This document shows positions 23,287-37,128 of a stretch of DNA of 64,000 nt, one piece after another. Source of the DNA: Podarcis filfolensis. Lineage: Eukaryota. The first letter of the stretch is position 1. Each line of letters begins with the position of its first letter. The notes beneath the pieces were generated by a model. It was not told where the DNA came from. It ran no database searches and saw only the letters and a list, made by a program, of their open reading frames with translations. Where the stretch lies: NCBI GenBank assembly GCA_964270895.1, contig OZ185435.1. One strand, given 5' to 3'. The position numbers and the translations under genes were made by a program.

Positions 23287-24635
23287 CTGTAAATAATTGT
23301 CATCAACACCTAACTTAAAGATCAAGGCACTTTTGCGAGAAATGTCAAGAATTAAACAGCAAAACTGAATATTTACAAGATTTACATTAAATCCATGTGT
23401 GAAAATATACATACGTGTTTTTATTTTGTACTGAATCAGTTCTGCCCTTTCAATGTTTCTCAATCTGCAGGAAGAACTCAAAATTACAATAGTGCTCTGT
23501 CCGCAAAGCAGAATGTTGAGAAATCAGGTCTATAGGCCCGATGTGCACAGAGATACACATACCGGTATATGTGAATCATACACACATACATATGCACATA
23601 TGTTACAAAAAGCTAAGTAGCAAACGGCAGAATTGATCCTCCACAAGGACCTGCTGGGAAACATCATTGTTCACTACTGTGTCTGATCGTGTAATGTTGA
23701 AGGTGCACTTACAACTGAGTCAAACCATACTTAACAAGGCTGCATTTTACATACAAAACCACAAACAGCCATATCAGAGTCTCAGTTAAAAGTTCACACT
23801 TCAATGTTAACTTGATAACAATTGTGGAAGACCAAGAATGGTAAATCATTCCATGGGAAATACTGGCTTGTAAGCAACATCTCAGCAGTCAATATTTTTT
23901 CTAAAGGAAAAAAACAACAACCCCACAGCCAGCCATGCGCCATCTTTTTCCCCCAGTGGAGATGTGCTATGCATGGCTAGATAAGCCAAAATGGCCACCG
24001 TGCTTGTTTGACTGGGCAGAAATGAACTGGACCTTTACATAGTAAGGGAGTCTTTCATCTAATTCTAAACAGAACCCCATTATTTCCTAGCTTACCTTTC
24101 ATGTTACTGTCCTCAGCTTCGCATGAAAACTTAAAGACAGGACTGATATTCCACATGATGGACAAACTGGACGCATGGGAGCATTGGGACATGAAATCAT
24201 GACAATGTACCCATGTTTGAAACAAAGCCAGCCTCTTTCTTAGATAATTAAAAGGGAAACACATGCATTATAAAGAACAGAATACACCACATATTTGGAA
24301 CTGAAATTATAGGTTAGTTTGCAAAGGAAGTAATGTGAATTGTGAATTTAAAAAATAATAATACAGAAAAACAGCCCATGCAACAACAATCGACATAGTT
24401 TGCTAATAAAGCATACATTAGCTGTGCAAAGCAATCAAACTAGGAAGCTGTTTAGAATATTAAGTAGAAATGACATGTCATTATATTAATACTTGAGACA
24501 AAGAAACAACAACCACTGACCAGAGTTGCAGCAAACTTTTCTCTTGCAGGGCATTTTCTACAATTTCATTCACATACTTTTCTGCGCTGCTTGTAATTTT
24601 TTTAACTTATCAAGAATAATCCAGACAAATTTAAT

Positions 24636-24749
24636 AGGGTTGCCACGCATCTGGAATTTCCTGTACATAGCTGGCAATCAGCAGTTGGAAACTGAGTCTG
24701 GGCAGGAATCGCTGAAATGTCTGGGGAAATCCGGACATATGGCAACCCC
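24636..24749. mobile_element. hAT (Blackjack-like) MITE
   Basis: Inverted ends AGGGTTGCCA...TGGCAACCC; no clear TSD. Confidence 0.55.
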
Positions 24750-26968
24750 TGTTGGCATTGTCGTTTTCGGCGATGTTTGTTGAGACTTTGCATGCAAAAA
24801 GACTCAAAAAGTTTGGTCAAAACTTAAAATAATAATTTTTAAAAGGCTCAACAACTTTTCTGTCCAGATTTTCAATATGCAGTATTTAAATGAGCATGAC
24901 TGAACTATGTGCTTAACTCAAAGGGGCTCAATTTTTTAACCATGGGATTCTTCTACACTTTATTATTATACATAACTATGTGATCTGAGAAATGTTTAAA
25001 ACAGTAGATGCCTACTTCAGAGAAATAAACTCAGGTCCTAGGCATAATGTCAGAGCAATGGTGCCTTTCTTTAGAACTGGCATATTTATAAAGCCTTTCT
25101 GTCAGATTGTTTTTAGTTACGGGCAAAGCTTTGTTATTTTTAAATTACTTGTGTGATTTTAGAAACCTGATGTTGTACGCAGCCATCAATGGTTTCTCTC
25201 CCCTGTTCTCCCTACTGGGACTTAGAAATATCAGTATCAAGTAAGTGAGCTTGATGACTATCCAGCTGAAACATTAATCAAAATCTGAAATGGCTATGGA
25301 AATCCTTTAATGACAGCACATTAGGGAAAACTGTAGATCTACCTAAAGAAAAACGTTTGTTCAGTTCAATTCTCCAGCCAGGCCCAGTCTCGTCAATGGC
25401 TGCATTCAGACATCATGCTAAACAACAGTGATGCGTCCACAAGGATGAGTTTGGAAGCAAGATGCAAAGCATCCAAATTAGTTTCTCATTCAGCCATGGA
25501 GTTTCCTCAAGTTCATGTAACTCTTGGTCAGGACAATTCTTGTTATAATCTCTTCTTAAACCAAGTAATTTACAAACAGCAATAGACAGAAATCACAAAA
25601 ATGGCATTGGAATGGCCCACAATGAAAATGAAAATAAAACATAAATATTATGGCGAGCACAAGAGCTCTCAGTTTTTGAGGACGAGGTACAGTGAATGTG
25701 TCTCTACAGTGTGTCACGGAAAGCATCGATCCACAAAAGGACAGGCTTTGCATTTATTTGGGTGTCAGGGGAAGCATGAGAATGTGCTTCTTTCTTGAGC
25801 ATATCTTTGCTCCCCCTAACTGTATATAAATAGAAACAGCTTCATATTTTCTCCTCCAGTTTCCTTACAGCCTGATCTTAATTACGTTCACGTGGAAGTA
25901 TCTGCCGTGGATTTCAAAAGAAGCAAGGAAGTGTGCTTCCAATTTCTGCCTTTTTCTACTTGGGAAAATGGCAGGCTCCTGGAACATAACCCACTGAAAC
26001 AAATGACTTTTGTGTTGCTTCTGCTCCTCCCTGTGGGATGCACAAGAAAAATCTCTGGATTTGACTGAACTTCTGTTTCCAAACAGTTAACTATCTTGCG
26101 CTCTGAACTGTCACTTTTAAATATCATTTGAAAGGCCGAAATCACATTTGGTTGGCCTAGGGATGAGAAGAATTGGAGGAAGTGCCATTCCACCCGTGGA
26201 AAGAGAAGCCCTCCAGCAGGATGACACTTACGATGCTGGAGATCCTCTGGTATGGCCTGTCAGTGGTGTTCCACCGGTGGTGTGGTCTGAATCATGGAGT
26301 TCAGGAGGCATGTTGGGGGAGGTCATGGACCTACAGGATTCCAAGTCCCCTCGTTCCCCTGACACACTCCCCCCAAAGGCCCCCAAACTATGTCTCCCCT
26401 GGAATTGGTGTTGTTGATCCATGCGGTCCATGAGAGGGGAGGGAAAGAAACAGAAGATGCCAACAGAGAGGAAAAGCCTCCTGCTCAGGCTATAGCTACT
26501 CAACAGGGTTTTAAATGTGGTAGCTGGTCCATCACGAATTCTCCAAACACACAAAGGCAACAGAATTGCTCTGATCTGGAGGAGAAAATGGTGGAGATTT
26601 TTTGTTTTGTTTTGTTTTTAGGCAGTTTTAACCGTTCTCATTGCCACAACATCAATTCTCCTATTTATCTATAGGCCTTATTAACTGGATTTACAACCTT
26701 TCTTCTCATGGGAAGCTATAAGAATGCTTAACTGGACAATATTCCCCCATTGCATTGCACTGCCTTCCAAAACACCCTGTAGAACACAATGTTATTTGTA
26801 AACATGGCATGCATTAGCAATTTAAATACTCAAAGAAAGCAAACAATATATGTACCCACGTCTTTAAACTGATCAACATAGCATGCAGCATTGTCCCATT
26901 ATTAGTGATACATTTTTTTAAAAAAATACATGCAGGTTAAAAAACAAAGGAAGATGAGGTATGATTGA

Positions 26969-27007
26969 CTAGATGCAAGTCTCAATATCCATAAATGTGA
27001 AAGGTAC
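26969..27007 (-). CDS. SLC1A2: SLC1A2 GLT-1b/EAAT2b alternative C-terminus (exon 10 read-through)
   Basis: [16 protein letters not shown]; rodent/human GLT-1b ends PFPFLDIETCI. Confidence 0.9.
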   Translation of the reverse strand, partial: VPFTFMDIETCI

Positions 27008-27239
27008 CTTGCACTCATCTATTATGACAGAGTTGTGGGCTGTATAAACACACTGGTTTGAGTTGTTTTCCCTGTGGTTTTTCATGTCATCATAAATGGA
27101 CTGTGTCTTGGTCATTTCAATATCTTCGTGTCCTTTGTGATGGGCATCAATGTTTTCCAACTCTGCCTTGGAGAGGTGATAGACAATGCCAGCTCCAAAG
27201 GAATCTCCCACAACATTGACAGAGGTTCTCATTCGATCT
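27008..27239 (-). CDS. SLC1A2: SLC1A2 exon 10 (232 nt)
   Basis: ttgcAG|AGATCGA...TGCAAG|GTacc; [24 protein letters not shown]...DECK. Confidence 0.98.
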
Positions 27240-29130
27240 CTGCAATAGCAAAGCACCAGCAGGATGTTAAAGTAGACCTGAGTGTCATATCTTACACCTA
27301 AAGTGGTTCCTTTAACCTTTACTAGCTTTATGTTCTTTTGAACATTTGAAAAAGAATTATAGTCAAGAGATCTCGTAATTTGCATCACCCTGATGCTGCA
27401 AAGGAAAAACTGGGTAGTTCCCACAGCCTCTTGGGATTTTTGAGAAGCTGCACATGCTCATTTTGTACAGAGAAATCCAATCATGAAGTGAAAAAAATGT
27501 GGCAACTCTTTTTCTTTTAAAGGTTCATCTATGTAATCAAATAGTGACATGACTGTAGATTTTGTCCTACTGAAAAAAAACAGGTAGATAACCAATGCTG
27601 AACCTTCTATAAACAGGTGCCAAAATAGCGTTCAGCAGCAGGTCAGTTATAAATTTCAGTTGGATTGCATGAAACAATCCACTAGCAGCACCCAATCCTT
27701 ATCATGATGTGTGGATATGAAGTATACATTGTGAAACACTTGCCCCAAACAAGCCTGGCATCTGTAGGTGCGGCGGTTCACTTACTACCAGCCCAGTTTT
27801 AATAGGGGTCAGAGAACCTTTAATTCAACTGCTTCCCATGACGACTGTATCTGTGTATCATGGCAGCCAGTCATTGTGCCAATCAGGTGGTTTTCTTCAA
27901 TCCACAACAATCGTTTTGTAAGTTTGCAGTGAGATGGAGAAACATCCCCCTTCTGTGAGGTGCTGCACTGCATACTGAAACCTTCCTATGTGGAGAAAGC
28001 TACCATAGAGAGTAATTTCAGACAACCTTCATGGTATGTCCATTTCATTTACATAGGCCCTCATTGTTCCTCAATTTATTATTTAGCACCAGGCCTAAGT
28101 ACTAAAAATTAAAATGTGATTCCCCCAGGTGTTTTTCAGCCATAAATCATGGACTTTTTGGCTTGGTTTCACAGAATGCCAAAGGGGAAGAAAAATCAGG
28201 TGTTCACGCTAAATTTGCAGTGGTAGCTCTACATTTCAGCAAGCATTTTAGAAGCTGAACATGAACCATTTACACAAGAAGGCCCTTTTTAATTCTCCAT
28301 TTCTTTGGGCATAGCATCTCTGTGCTGGAGACCTTTCCGTGACATTTGCTAAGCTTGTCAATTTCCCCTTTGGAAACTTGCAGTTCTTGGCTACCACTAA
28401 TGACTCTGGATTAATTCCAGCTGTGGACAAATAACACTGTTCTTTAAAATGCCATTTTTGTTCACTTTGGAGTGGAGGAACAGCAGGAGCTCAGAACACT
28501 TAAAAAAAGATTTCCTTGTGAAGTCTGTATATATCTATACAGAGCAAAAGAAATAAAATCCAGCATATTTTATACAATTTTAAAGATGGAGTTTGCAACC
28601 CAATTTTGAATCAAGATTGACACAGTATAATAAACTGGAAAAGATTTACTCCTGATATATTTTAAGTGAATGACCTGGTTTCTTAATAAATGACCTGGTT
28701 TCTTAATATTTCAGTTTTCATAATGAAGAATGACTACCCTTGTATGTTTTTTTTTTTAATGAAAAGCTATAATGCTCTTCCTTCTTCCCAGATTTCATTC
28801 ATGTCAGTCTATTTAGCTGATACCAAAAGTACTTAAAAAACCCCAGACATATTTTATACCTCAGGACTTGTAAGAAGTTTGCTTGGGTGCTTCTCAACAA
28901 TAAAATAAAATATGTTTCTGATTTATTCAGTAACTGTAACAGACTGACAAGGTGCACTGATATAATTGCTAGATACAATAGTCCTTTGGGAACGTATTTC
29001 AAACTGCTCCACCAGCACCAATAGGAAGATCTACTGGAATCCAGACTATCTGCAATCTAGACATAACATGCATAACTGCAATACTCTTACTGGGGGCATG
29101 TTCTTAATATTTTCTCTCTCTTTTTTCTGT

Positions 29131-29374
29131 TTCGGCGGCCTAATCCGGCCTGCCAGTCGATTTAATCCAGCCCCCGTGGCAGTAAATGCCCTGGGCTAAA
29201 ATCCAAGAAAAAGCTCAACAACTTTGGGGTAAACTTCAATTCTAAAAAAAGCTTAAGAACTTTGGTGTAAAATTGTAAAAAAAAGCTCAGCTTCATTTCA
29301 CAAAAAAGCTCAACAACTTTGGTCAGCCCTCACATCAAATCTGGTCTTCTTTGAAAAAAGTTTGGGCAGCCCTG
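29131..29374. mobile_element. hAT-Charlie-like MITE fragment with internal tandem repeats
   Basis: Right end gaaaaaagtttgggcagccctg followed by atcta; internal aaaaagctcaacaactttgg-like unit repeated 3-4 times; left end not found. Confidence 0.55.
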
Positions 29375-30302
29375 ATCTAAGTAGACTAATTATGGGCCAC
29401 TTCAGGTTTAAAACCGGTGCACAGAAGACCTGTCTCAGAAGAATTCTTTTAGGGTGAAATAGCCTTTACAAGAAAAAGAAGAGCGGAAGGTCTGTATATT
29501 ACACGACCATACTATAAAGCTGCAATTATTTCTAACAGTATTTTATTGAGTATTTTGTACAGTGCACTCTTAACTCACACAAATGCACAGTAAAGTGAAA
29601 CTAATTTGAAAAAAGGCCCAGGGAAGATTGTGTGAATCAGTGTGAAATCTCTCAATTATTTCTCAGAAGATGCCTAGGATTGTGCTGTGAAAAGCCCAGA
29701 TACTCCCATCTACTCTATGGCATCAATTCCTCTATGGAAAGTTTGAGCTCCTTTTCCTTTGCGCTGCCATGATATTGTCTTGCTCAATCTGACCTTTTCT
29801 AAAGAAGCAAATGTCAGCAGCACAATTCGCCACAGGGCTTACTTCAGGGGAGAGGGATTTTTTACCACACGAGAATGATCAGAAACACAATGGTAAGCCC
29901 TTAGCCCTACCCCCTCGCTAACACCTTGCCTCTGCAGCTGAATTATGGCTTTGTCCATTCAGGAGGCAGGACTTCTCCATCAAGTGAAATGTTTTTACTT
30001 CAATGACATTTCCTTGAAACAGCAAACAACCACATGCTTTAAGTTAACATCCTCCTCCTGTCTGCAAACAACGCTTGCCGATTTCTGCTCCGCTCCAATT
30101 TCGCTACAGTTGGGTATCAGAAACAATCTGCGTGCATTTCCTTTAAATGCTTTGCTGCATAAACATTGGTCAGCTGCTGCACATGCAGGAGTGCTTCTTG
30201 TAGCAGGCATTATTGATCATGAAGGAGTTGACACCTGAGTGGGTAGTCAAGCCACAACATCACTGTTTGGGGAAAGGTGACAAGTGTCTGTAATGTTACT
30301 TA

Positions 30303-30446
<144 letters not shown>

Positions 30447-31022
30447 TCAAACACATCCACTTGTTTAGTTGGGCCTTCTCTTAGTTAGTGTTTCTCTTAC
30501 AAATCTGGGAACTGCTTGATCACTCCAACTTCTGTAGGAACACATTCCCTGTTATTTCAGTGCAGCCTCTAATATTGTAATTTAGAAGATTTTGACTGAG
30601 TTTAAAGTAGTTTTATTAACACACCAGTCTTTTGATTTTGCAAAAAAAATAAAATTGTTTTCCATAAGCACTCTTATTTAATGATTTTTGATTAAAGTAA
30701 TATGTGATTCATTTAACTCATGCTAACTTGAGTATATTTATTTTCCATTATTTATAATCAAGCACAATGAAAATCTCTACACAACACATTAGCACTGCCT
30801 CTGAAACCAGGTTATAGACAGAAATCAAGGTCTGCTTTCATGTCTTACAAATCCCTACACAGAAATTACTTCATGTAGAAAACTGTGTAATTCCCATGTA
30901 GGCTGCAATACGTGATGCTCTACTTGGGAACTGGGAAAAGCAGCCAAGGCTTTTCACTGTTTATTACAATGGAGGCTCACAACTTTAAACTGCTTTGCAA
31001 TAGCCAAGGTCTGTAATGTTCA

Positions 31023-31292
<270 letters not shown>

Positions 31293-32838
31293 TCAGACTT
31301 CCTGGGACAGATAGCTCTATTGACACTCTGGGGGAGCAACCAGGCATCTTACACACACATTCATCAGGTCTCTGTCTGTCCACAGTTCAACGTCTGCCTC
31401 TTCCGTCCTGGAACTGATGTAAGCATGTAAATTCTATGGTTGTAAAACTGCTTATGCACAGTGTTTTGATCAAAGCTTGTGCATGCCCCTGTAGATGTAT
31501 ATATTTTGACAGTTGTTGAATGAGGGTAAAACCAGATGTGACAACATGTGCCATTAGAAACCAAGGCAGATAATTTATTTAAACAACCCAAAATTGATAG
31601 CAGGCATGATGGAATATTTCTTCTGAAGCATAGCAACCCTTACCTCCTTAGTTACAATTCCAACAAAAACCGTACCTCTCACATATGGCAATGAGCCACA
31701 AAGTAAAATCTCACTTTGGCTCCAATAAGGTCTTTAGTTTTTAAGTTGCAGGACGATTTTTGTTGGGAATGACAATCTTTAGTTGCAGGACAATTTTTTG
31801 TTGGGAATGCAGCTGGGGAGGAAAGAATTAAACCTCACTCCCCCATGTTCAGAAGAAAATCCCTCCCCCAATGCATGCTATTGTACAATATTTTAAAAAA
31901 CTCTGATATGATTTCTAATAACATAACTACTCCTGGTTGTCATAGGGACTAAAGAACTCAGCGAAGAAAAGGTCAGTTGGCAGAAGTGCCTTGGGAAGAG
32001 AGGGAGATGACAGCTTCCTGTTAGCTATAGTGGGGGGTGGGGGCATATGTCTGAAACCTGAGAAGGTTCTGTTGGAAAAGCAGAGAAGATCATGACTAAA
32101 AGTCAAAGTGGAAAGCCTTGCCTGATTGGAGAGAGATCTCAGACTTCTGAAGAGGAAAACTAGAAAAGCCCCAGCAGTTATTGGTGCTAAAGACAAGTCT
32201 AGGACTGGATTTAGGGCAGGTGATCTAGGCCTGGGGTGCTGGGCTTATGGAAGGATTTCTGTCATGAATGATCTCCATTCACCTTTGTAATCTTCTATGA
32301 GATGAATCCCTCATCATACGAATTGTCCATCCAAGTTGTGAATGGACTAACAAGGCATTTAGATGTCATATAGTAAAATGACCAGTGCTATTTTTTCTAG
32401 AAAAAGAGGTGCCAGAACTCACCATGAACACCTCCCTCATTCTCTTAGAGTGGCAATGGCACCACCTGAGGGGTTTCAGAACTCAGTTCAGGGCTGGGGA
32501 AAAAACCCCTGAAAATGATACTTCCAATGCAGCATTATATGGTCTAGGCCAGCCCTGGAGAAGACTTTCACCCAGCCCCCAATTCCTGCAGACAATCCCT
32601 GAGGGAACAGATGTCATCTGAACCAAGTAGCTGGAATCACAGCAGTTAATGCTATGAACCAGGTTTGAGTTTGTGGGCACGTGAAATCCAGTTTACACCT
32701 TTTCTTCATTTTTAGGTTAATTGATCAGCTCACAGGTATTGCTAATCCACACAATAAGTGTTCACACATTCAGCTGAGTAAGTCTTATTAGCAAAGTATT
32801 TATAATGGCCCTGAACGTGTTGCTAACTCTACATTTCA

Positions 32839-33150
<312 letters not shown>

Positions 33151-35298
33151 TCATAAAGGCAGTTGATAAAGCTATACCATGCAGCTTGAAATTACCACCT
33201 TTTGATGGAAAACCTTTCAGCCCCAAACGCCCCCACTATTGAATGATGGGACCAGGGGCTGCATGGCCCTGTGCTGCAGAAACTGACACTATCCTGTTGG
33301 CTGGATTCAGTCCACAATCTTGAGGACAGCTTTGAAAGTGGCTGACTGATAGGGGACCAGATCCACTTTTACCTTTGAAGAAGCAGATGGGGGTGGCTCT
33401 CAGCCACCGGAGCATCTTCAGAGCTCTTCTGCCTGAGGATTGGCACATTTGAAAACTGATCTGTGCCTTCAGAGGTGAAAGTGCAAATAGGCTGGCTTTC
33501 CGTCAGCACAAACTGCCAAATTTTAAAGCCCTTTTGAGACAGGACAGATGCATTTTCCCCTTTGTGTGCAGGGGGTGCTGGTAGCAGTAGATGATTTATT
33601 CTGTGTGTCAAGGGCTCTTGATAGAAGGGGAAAAAATTATCCACCCCTAATAGATAAGCACTGTGAGAGAGGCTACGACAGAAGCAGTACTGTATTATTA
33701 GAGGCCTGATAATTTCTTGGACCAGAGAAAGCCACTCCCTTACAATTCCTAAAAGTCTAGTGGTGGCTTTTGCCAGGCAGTTAGGATGGTTAACTGACTC
33801 AGCTGAGCTTTTCATTGCTTGTGCCAGTACATTGCTTGTGCCCAGACATTAAAATGTTTTGCAGACCAGCCGAAACCTTGCTTGCTGACAAACCTAATAC
33901 ATGCTGATAATATCGTAGAAGCAAGCCTTTTGTTTGGTTGTTTTCTTTCCTATGATCCATCCCTTCCAGCAGTTCATAATGACACCACTTAGTGAATGGG
34001 TGGCTTGCCAGACCTCCCACAAAGAGATTCACTGGCCCTGCCCATACCCAGGACTCAAGCTACTGAGAAGCTTCCAGCTGGGATTCCATGCAGACAGGAA
34101 CAGAGGTGAAGGTTTCAACAATGGCCTTGAAGCAGGAGTGGCTACCCCATGTCCTGTGGGCTATATCCAGGCTCCCAAGCAATTTCTGGTGCCTACCCAC
34201 CAACAAGGGTTACTGTGTCAGAGAGCTTTATTTATTGTTGATGATGATTAATGTTGCTGAGCAGCAGGTGGCTTAAAGGAATCTCCACTCTTATGCTCTA
34301 TATTAACTTACTGAAACTTACTTTTTCATAGAGAGATAGATTTAGGAAGCAAAACTGGAACTGGGCTTTTTTAAAAAAGGAATGTCTGCTCTCCATCTGA
34401 CCTTCTCATGAACCATCCAAGCATTGCCCAGAAGCAGCAAATCAATCAGAAGCTTCTATGAGCTTCGCACAATCCCCATTTTGCACAGTTTTCTCAGGTG
34501 CCAGGCAGTCTGCTTCCTGAAATGGTCACTGAGGATAATCCTTAAATAAGGGTTACGAAACATCCCTAGCAGATGCCCAATTTTGTTTTATGTCATTATG
34601 GTGTTCACAAGAGTTTCATAAATCACCAAAGCTGCTGGAGGGGGTGGATCTTTTCCTAAGAGAGTAGCCATAAATAATAGGAAAGAATGTCCCTTTGGAT
34701 ATGAAATAAAGGAATGTGTCTCCATAGACTAAATGTTCTCTTCTATGCAAATGAACAAGAGTCATGGGTTGAAGGTAAGCCTTCTCTTGATGCATTGAAT
34801 TAGGAATCAGTCCCAGCAGTGATGCAGGGACAGTGGCTGTGCGAAGATCAAGTTCTTCTGAGGCCAATCCAGTGTGTTCTGATAGAAGAAAGCCACGAGC
34901 ATCCGCAGTAAATTAAATATGCAAAAACACAGCAACAGCCTCATTTGATTCTCTGACCAAATGAGGTGTGGTGTGGCACTTCTGAACTTGAACTGACAAG
35001 ACCTCAGCTCAAATCTCTCAGCATCCCATTAACTCCCCAGGTTGAGTTTGGTCCAACCTCACACATTCTGCTCCGGCTGCCTAGCTGTTGGGGGGGGGGA
35101 CCTCCTGTTTATGCCATTCTGAGCTTTGTGGGCTAAGGGCAGGATACAATTGTGAAAAGCAAAAACCATCGAAATAATTGCTGTAGCTTCAGACCAATAT
35201 AGGGAGGTAGGTCATGCAGAAAGTACATAAAAGCTACAAAATGATGTCCAGAATACAACTGGATTTAGTGTGTCTTGGCAGATGATGACTTTGACTCA

Positions 35299-35448
<150 letters not shown>

Positions 35449-36329
35449 TTAAACGCTACTGAGGCTCTGTCAAAATGAAGCACCCACACTCCTGCAATCT
35501 TATTAATTAAAATACAAACAAACAAACAAACCTTACTAAATCAGGCTTCAAGTCAGCTCAGGCTATTTTTGTGTCATGAACATGTTGCAGAATACACCCC
35601 CAGTAAAACACCGGTCTGGATGGGCCCTAAGTGTTCCTCTACTCTCAGGAGAAGCTTTGGGGGGGGCACAAGGAACAGAGTGGGGAAAAGATAATGACAA
35701 ATTTCCCTTGCACAAGTGATGCATGTGATACAACCCACTGCTATTAATATCTTATATGATGACTTGGTGCCCTTCAGGTGTTTGGTCTGTAAGTCCCATC
35801 AGTCCTGCCCTATGCTAGGAAGAACAGTGTTCCTAGGAAAGTTCAAGCATGTACTGTTCTTATTTTATCTCCTAACAAATCTATCATAATATAAAAGATT
35901 GTCACGCTGACCAAATGATATAAACATATGCTGCTTGTAGATGGATAACCATTCATCTGTATATGTGTGTAAATGCTCAATGATTGGCAGTTCTATTTTC
36001 CTGAAGAGATTTGGATTCTCCTGCCACCATACAGATAAACAGAGGAGGATATGCAAAAATGAATATGTAAATGTGAGTATATGTAAAGGATATGTGATAT
36101 GATTTATTGGACTTGAATATTGCTTTACATATATTTTAAATTAAAAAGTCTGAAGGCATATTACAGCATATATAATATGAATGAAATAAAACATTTAATA
36201 ATTTAGTTAGCGTTCTTACCTTAAGGTCCCAGGGTGGGTTACGACAAGATAACAATATATTCAAAACAATGCGCAATATTGATACAATAATAACCGTGAA
36301 GGACACATACAGTAAAAGTGTTTCCATAC

Positions 36330-36492
36330 CTAAGACATTCATGCCATCCTTAAATTCGAGGCCTTTCTTAATGATTAGCTGAGGTTCTGGCGTCACTTCT
36401 GTTTCATTCAACATGTCAAAGATGGAGTCTGTTGCATTGGCTGGTTCATCGATCTCTTGAGGGACAAGCACTTTCTTGGTGACCGTTTGAAT
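36330..36492 (-). CDS. SLC1A2: SLC1A2 exon 5 (163 nt; 2 codons shorter than human)
   Basis: tttcAG|ATTCAA...TTAG|GTatg; [54 protein letters not shown]; both N-glycosylation sequons (NAT, NET) kept. Confidence 0.97.
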
Positions 36493-36631
36493 CTGAAAGA
36501 ATCAAAATACAGGGCTGCAAATTCAGGTGTAAAGTAGCCTGCTACATAAGCAGTGCAAACTCTGAGCCTGAAATCCCCCTTCTAAGCTTCTTCTGGCACC
36601 TGCCCTTGCAAATCACCAGTGCAACTAGGTA

Positions 36632-37128
36632 CCGTATTTTTCGCCCTATAGGACGCACTTTTCCCCCTGCAAAAATGAAGGGGAAATGTGTGTGCGTCTT
36701 ATGGGGCGAATGCAGGCTTTTGCTGAAGCCTGGAGAGCGAGAGGCGTCGGTGCGCACCGACCCCTCTCGCTCTCCAGGCTTCAGGAAGATATCCGCAAGC
36801 CTCGCGCACCCCGCGGGAGGTCCCGCCGGGCGCGCAAGGCTTGGGGTGGCAGCCTGCAGCCCGAAGCATGGGGCGTGCTGCAGGGCACGCCCCGTGCTTC
36901 GGGCAGATGTCCGCAAGCCTTGTGCGCCCAGCGGGAGGTCCCGCCGGGCGTGCAAGGCTTGCAGGCGGCAGCCTGTTCTGGGGGCTGGAGTCGGGGGAAG
37001 CTCGGGCTTCCCCCGCGCCAGCCCCGCGCCTGGGGGAGAAATAATTTTTTTTCCCTTTATTCCCCCCCCCCAAAAAAAATCTAGGTGCGTCCTATGGGGC
37101 GGTGCATCCTATGGGGCGAAAAATATGG
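36632..37128. mobile_element. TcMar-Tc2/Kanga-like non-autonomous element, CpG-rich
   Basis: 27-bp TIRs CCGTATTTTTCGCCCTATAGGACGCAC / GTGCATCCTATGGGGCGAAAAATATGG; TA on both sides; internal ~120-bp tandem duplication. Confidence 0.85.

Noticed and set aside
26148-26674. Overlapping 86-110 aa ORFs in intron 10
   Set aside because: No splice support or domain similarity; probably an old repeat fragment
23287-26968. GLT-1c-type alternative terminal exon (SLHYVEYQSWV)
   Set aside because: No recognisable match found by eye in intron 10
26960-26971. Programmed stop read-through at the GLT-1b TAG
   Set aside because: Context TAG-TCAATC matches neither the UGA-CUAG nor the UAG-CARYYA leaky motif
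28669-28708. Perfect 20-bp tandem duplication aatgacctggtttcttaata
   Set aside because: Ordinary slippage duplication in an intron (or an assembly artefact)
31744-31809. Two-copy 37-bp tandem repeat agttgcaggac...tgttgggaatg
   Set aside because: Two units only; likely a local duplication or TE remnant
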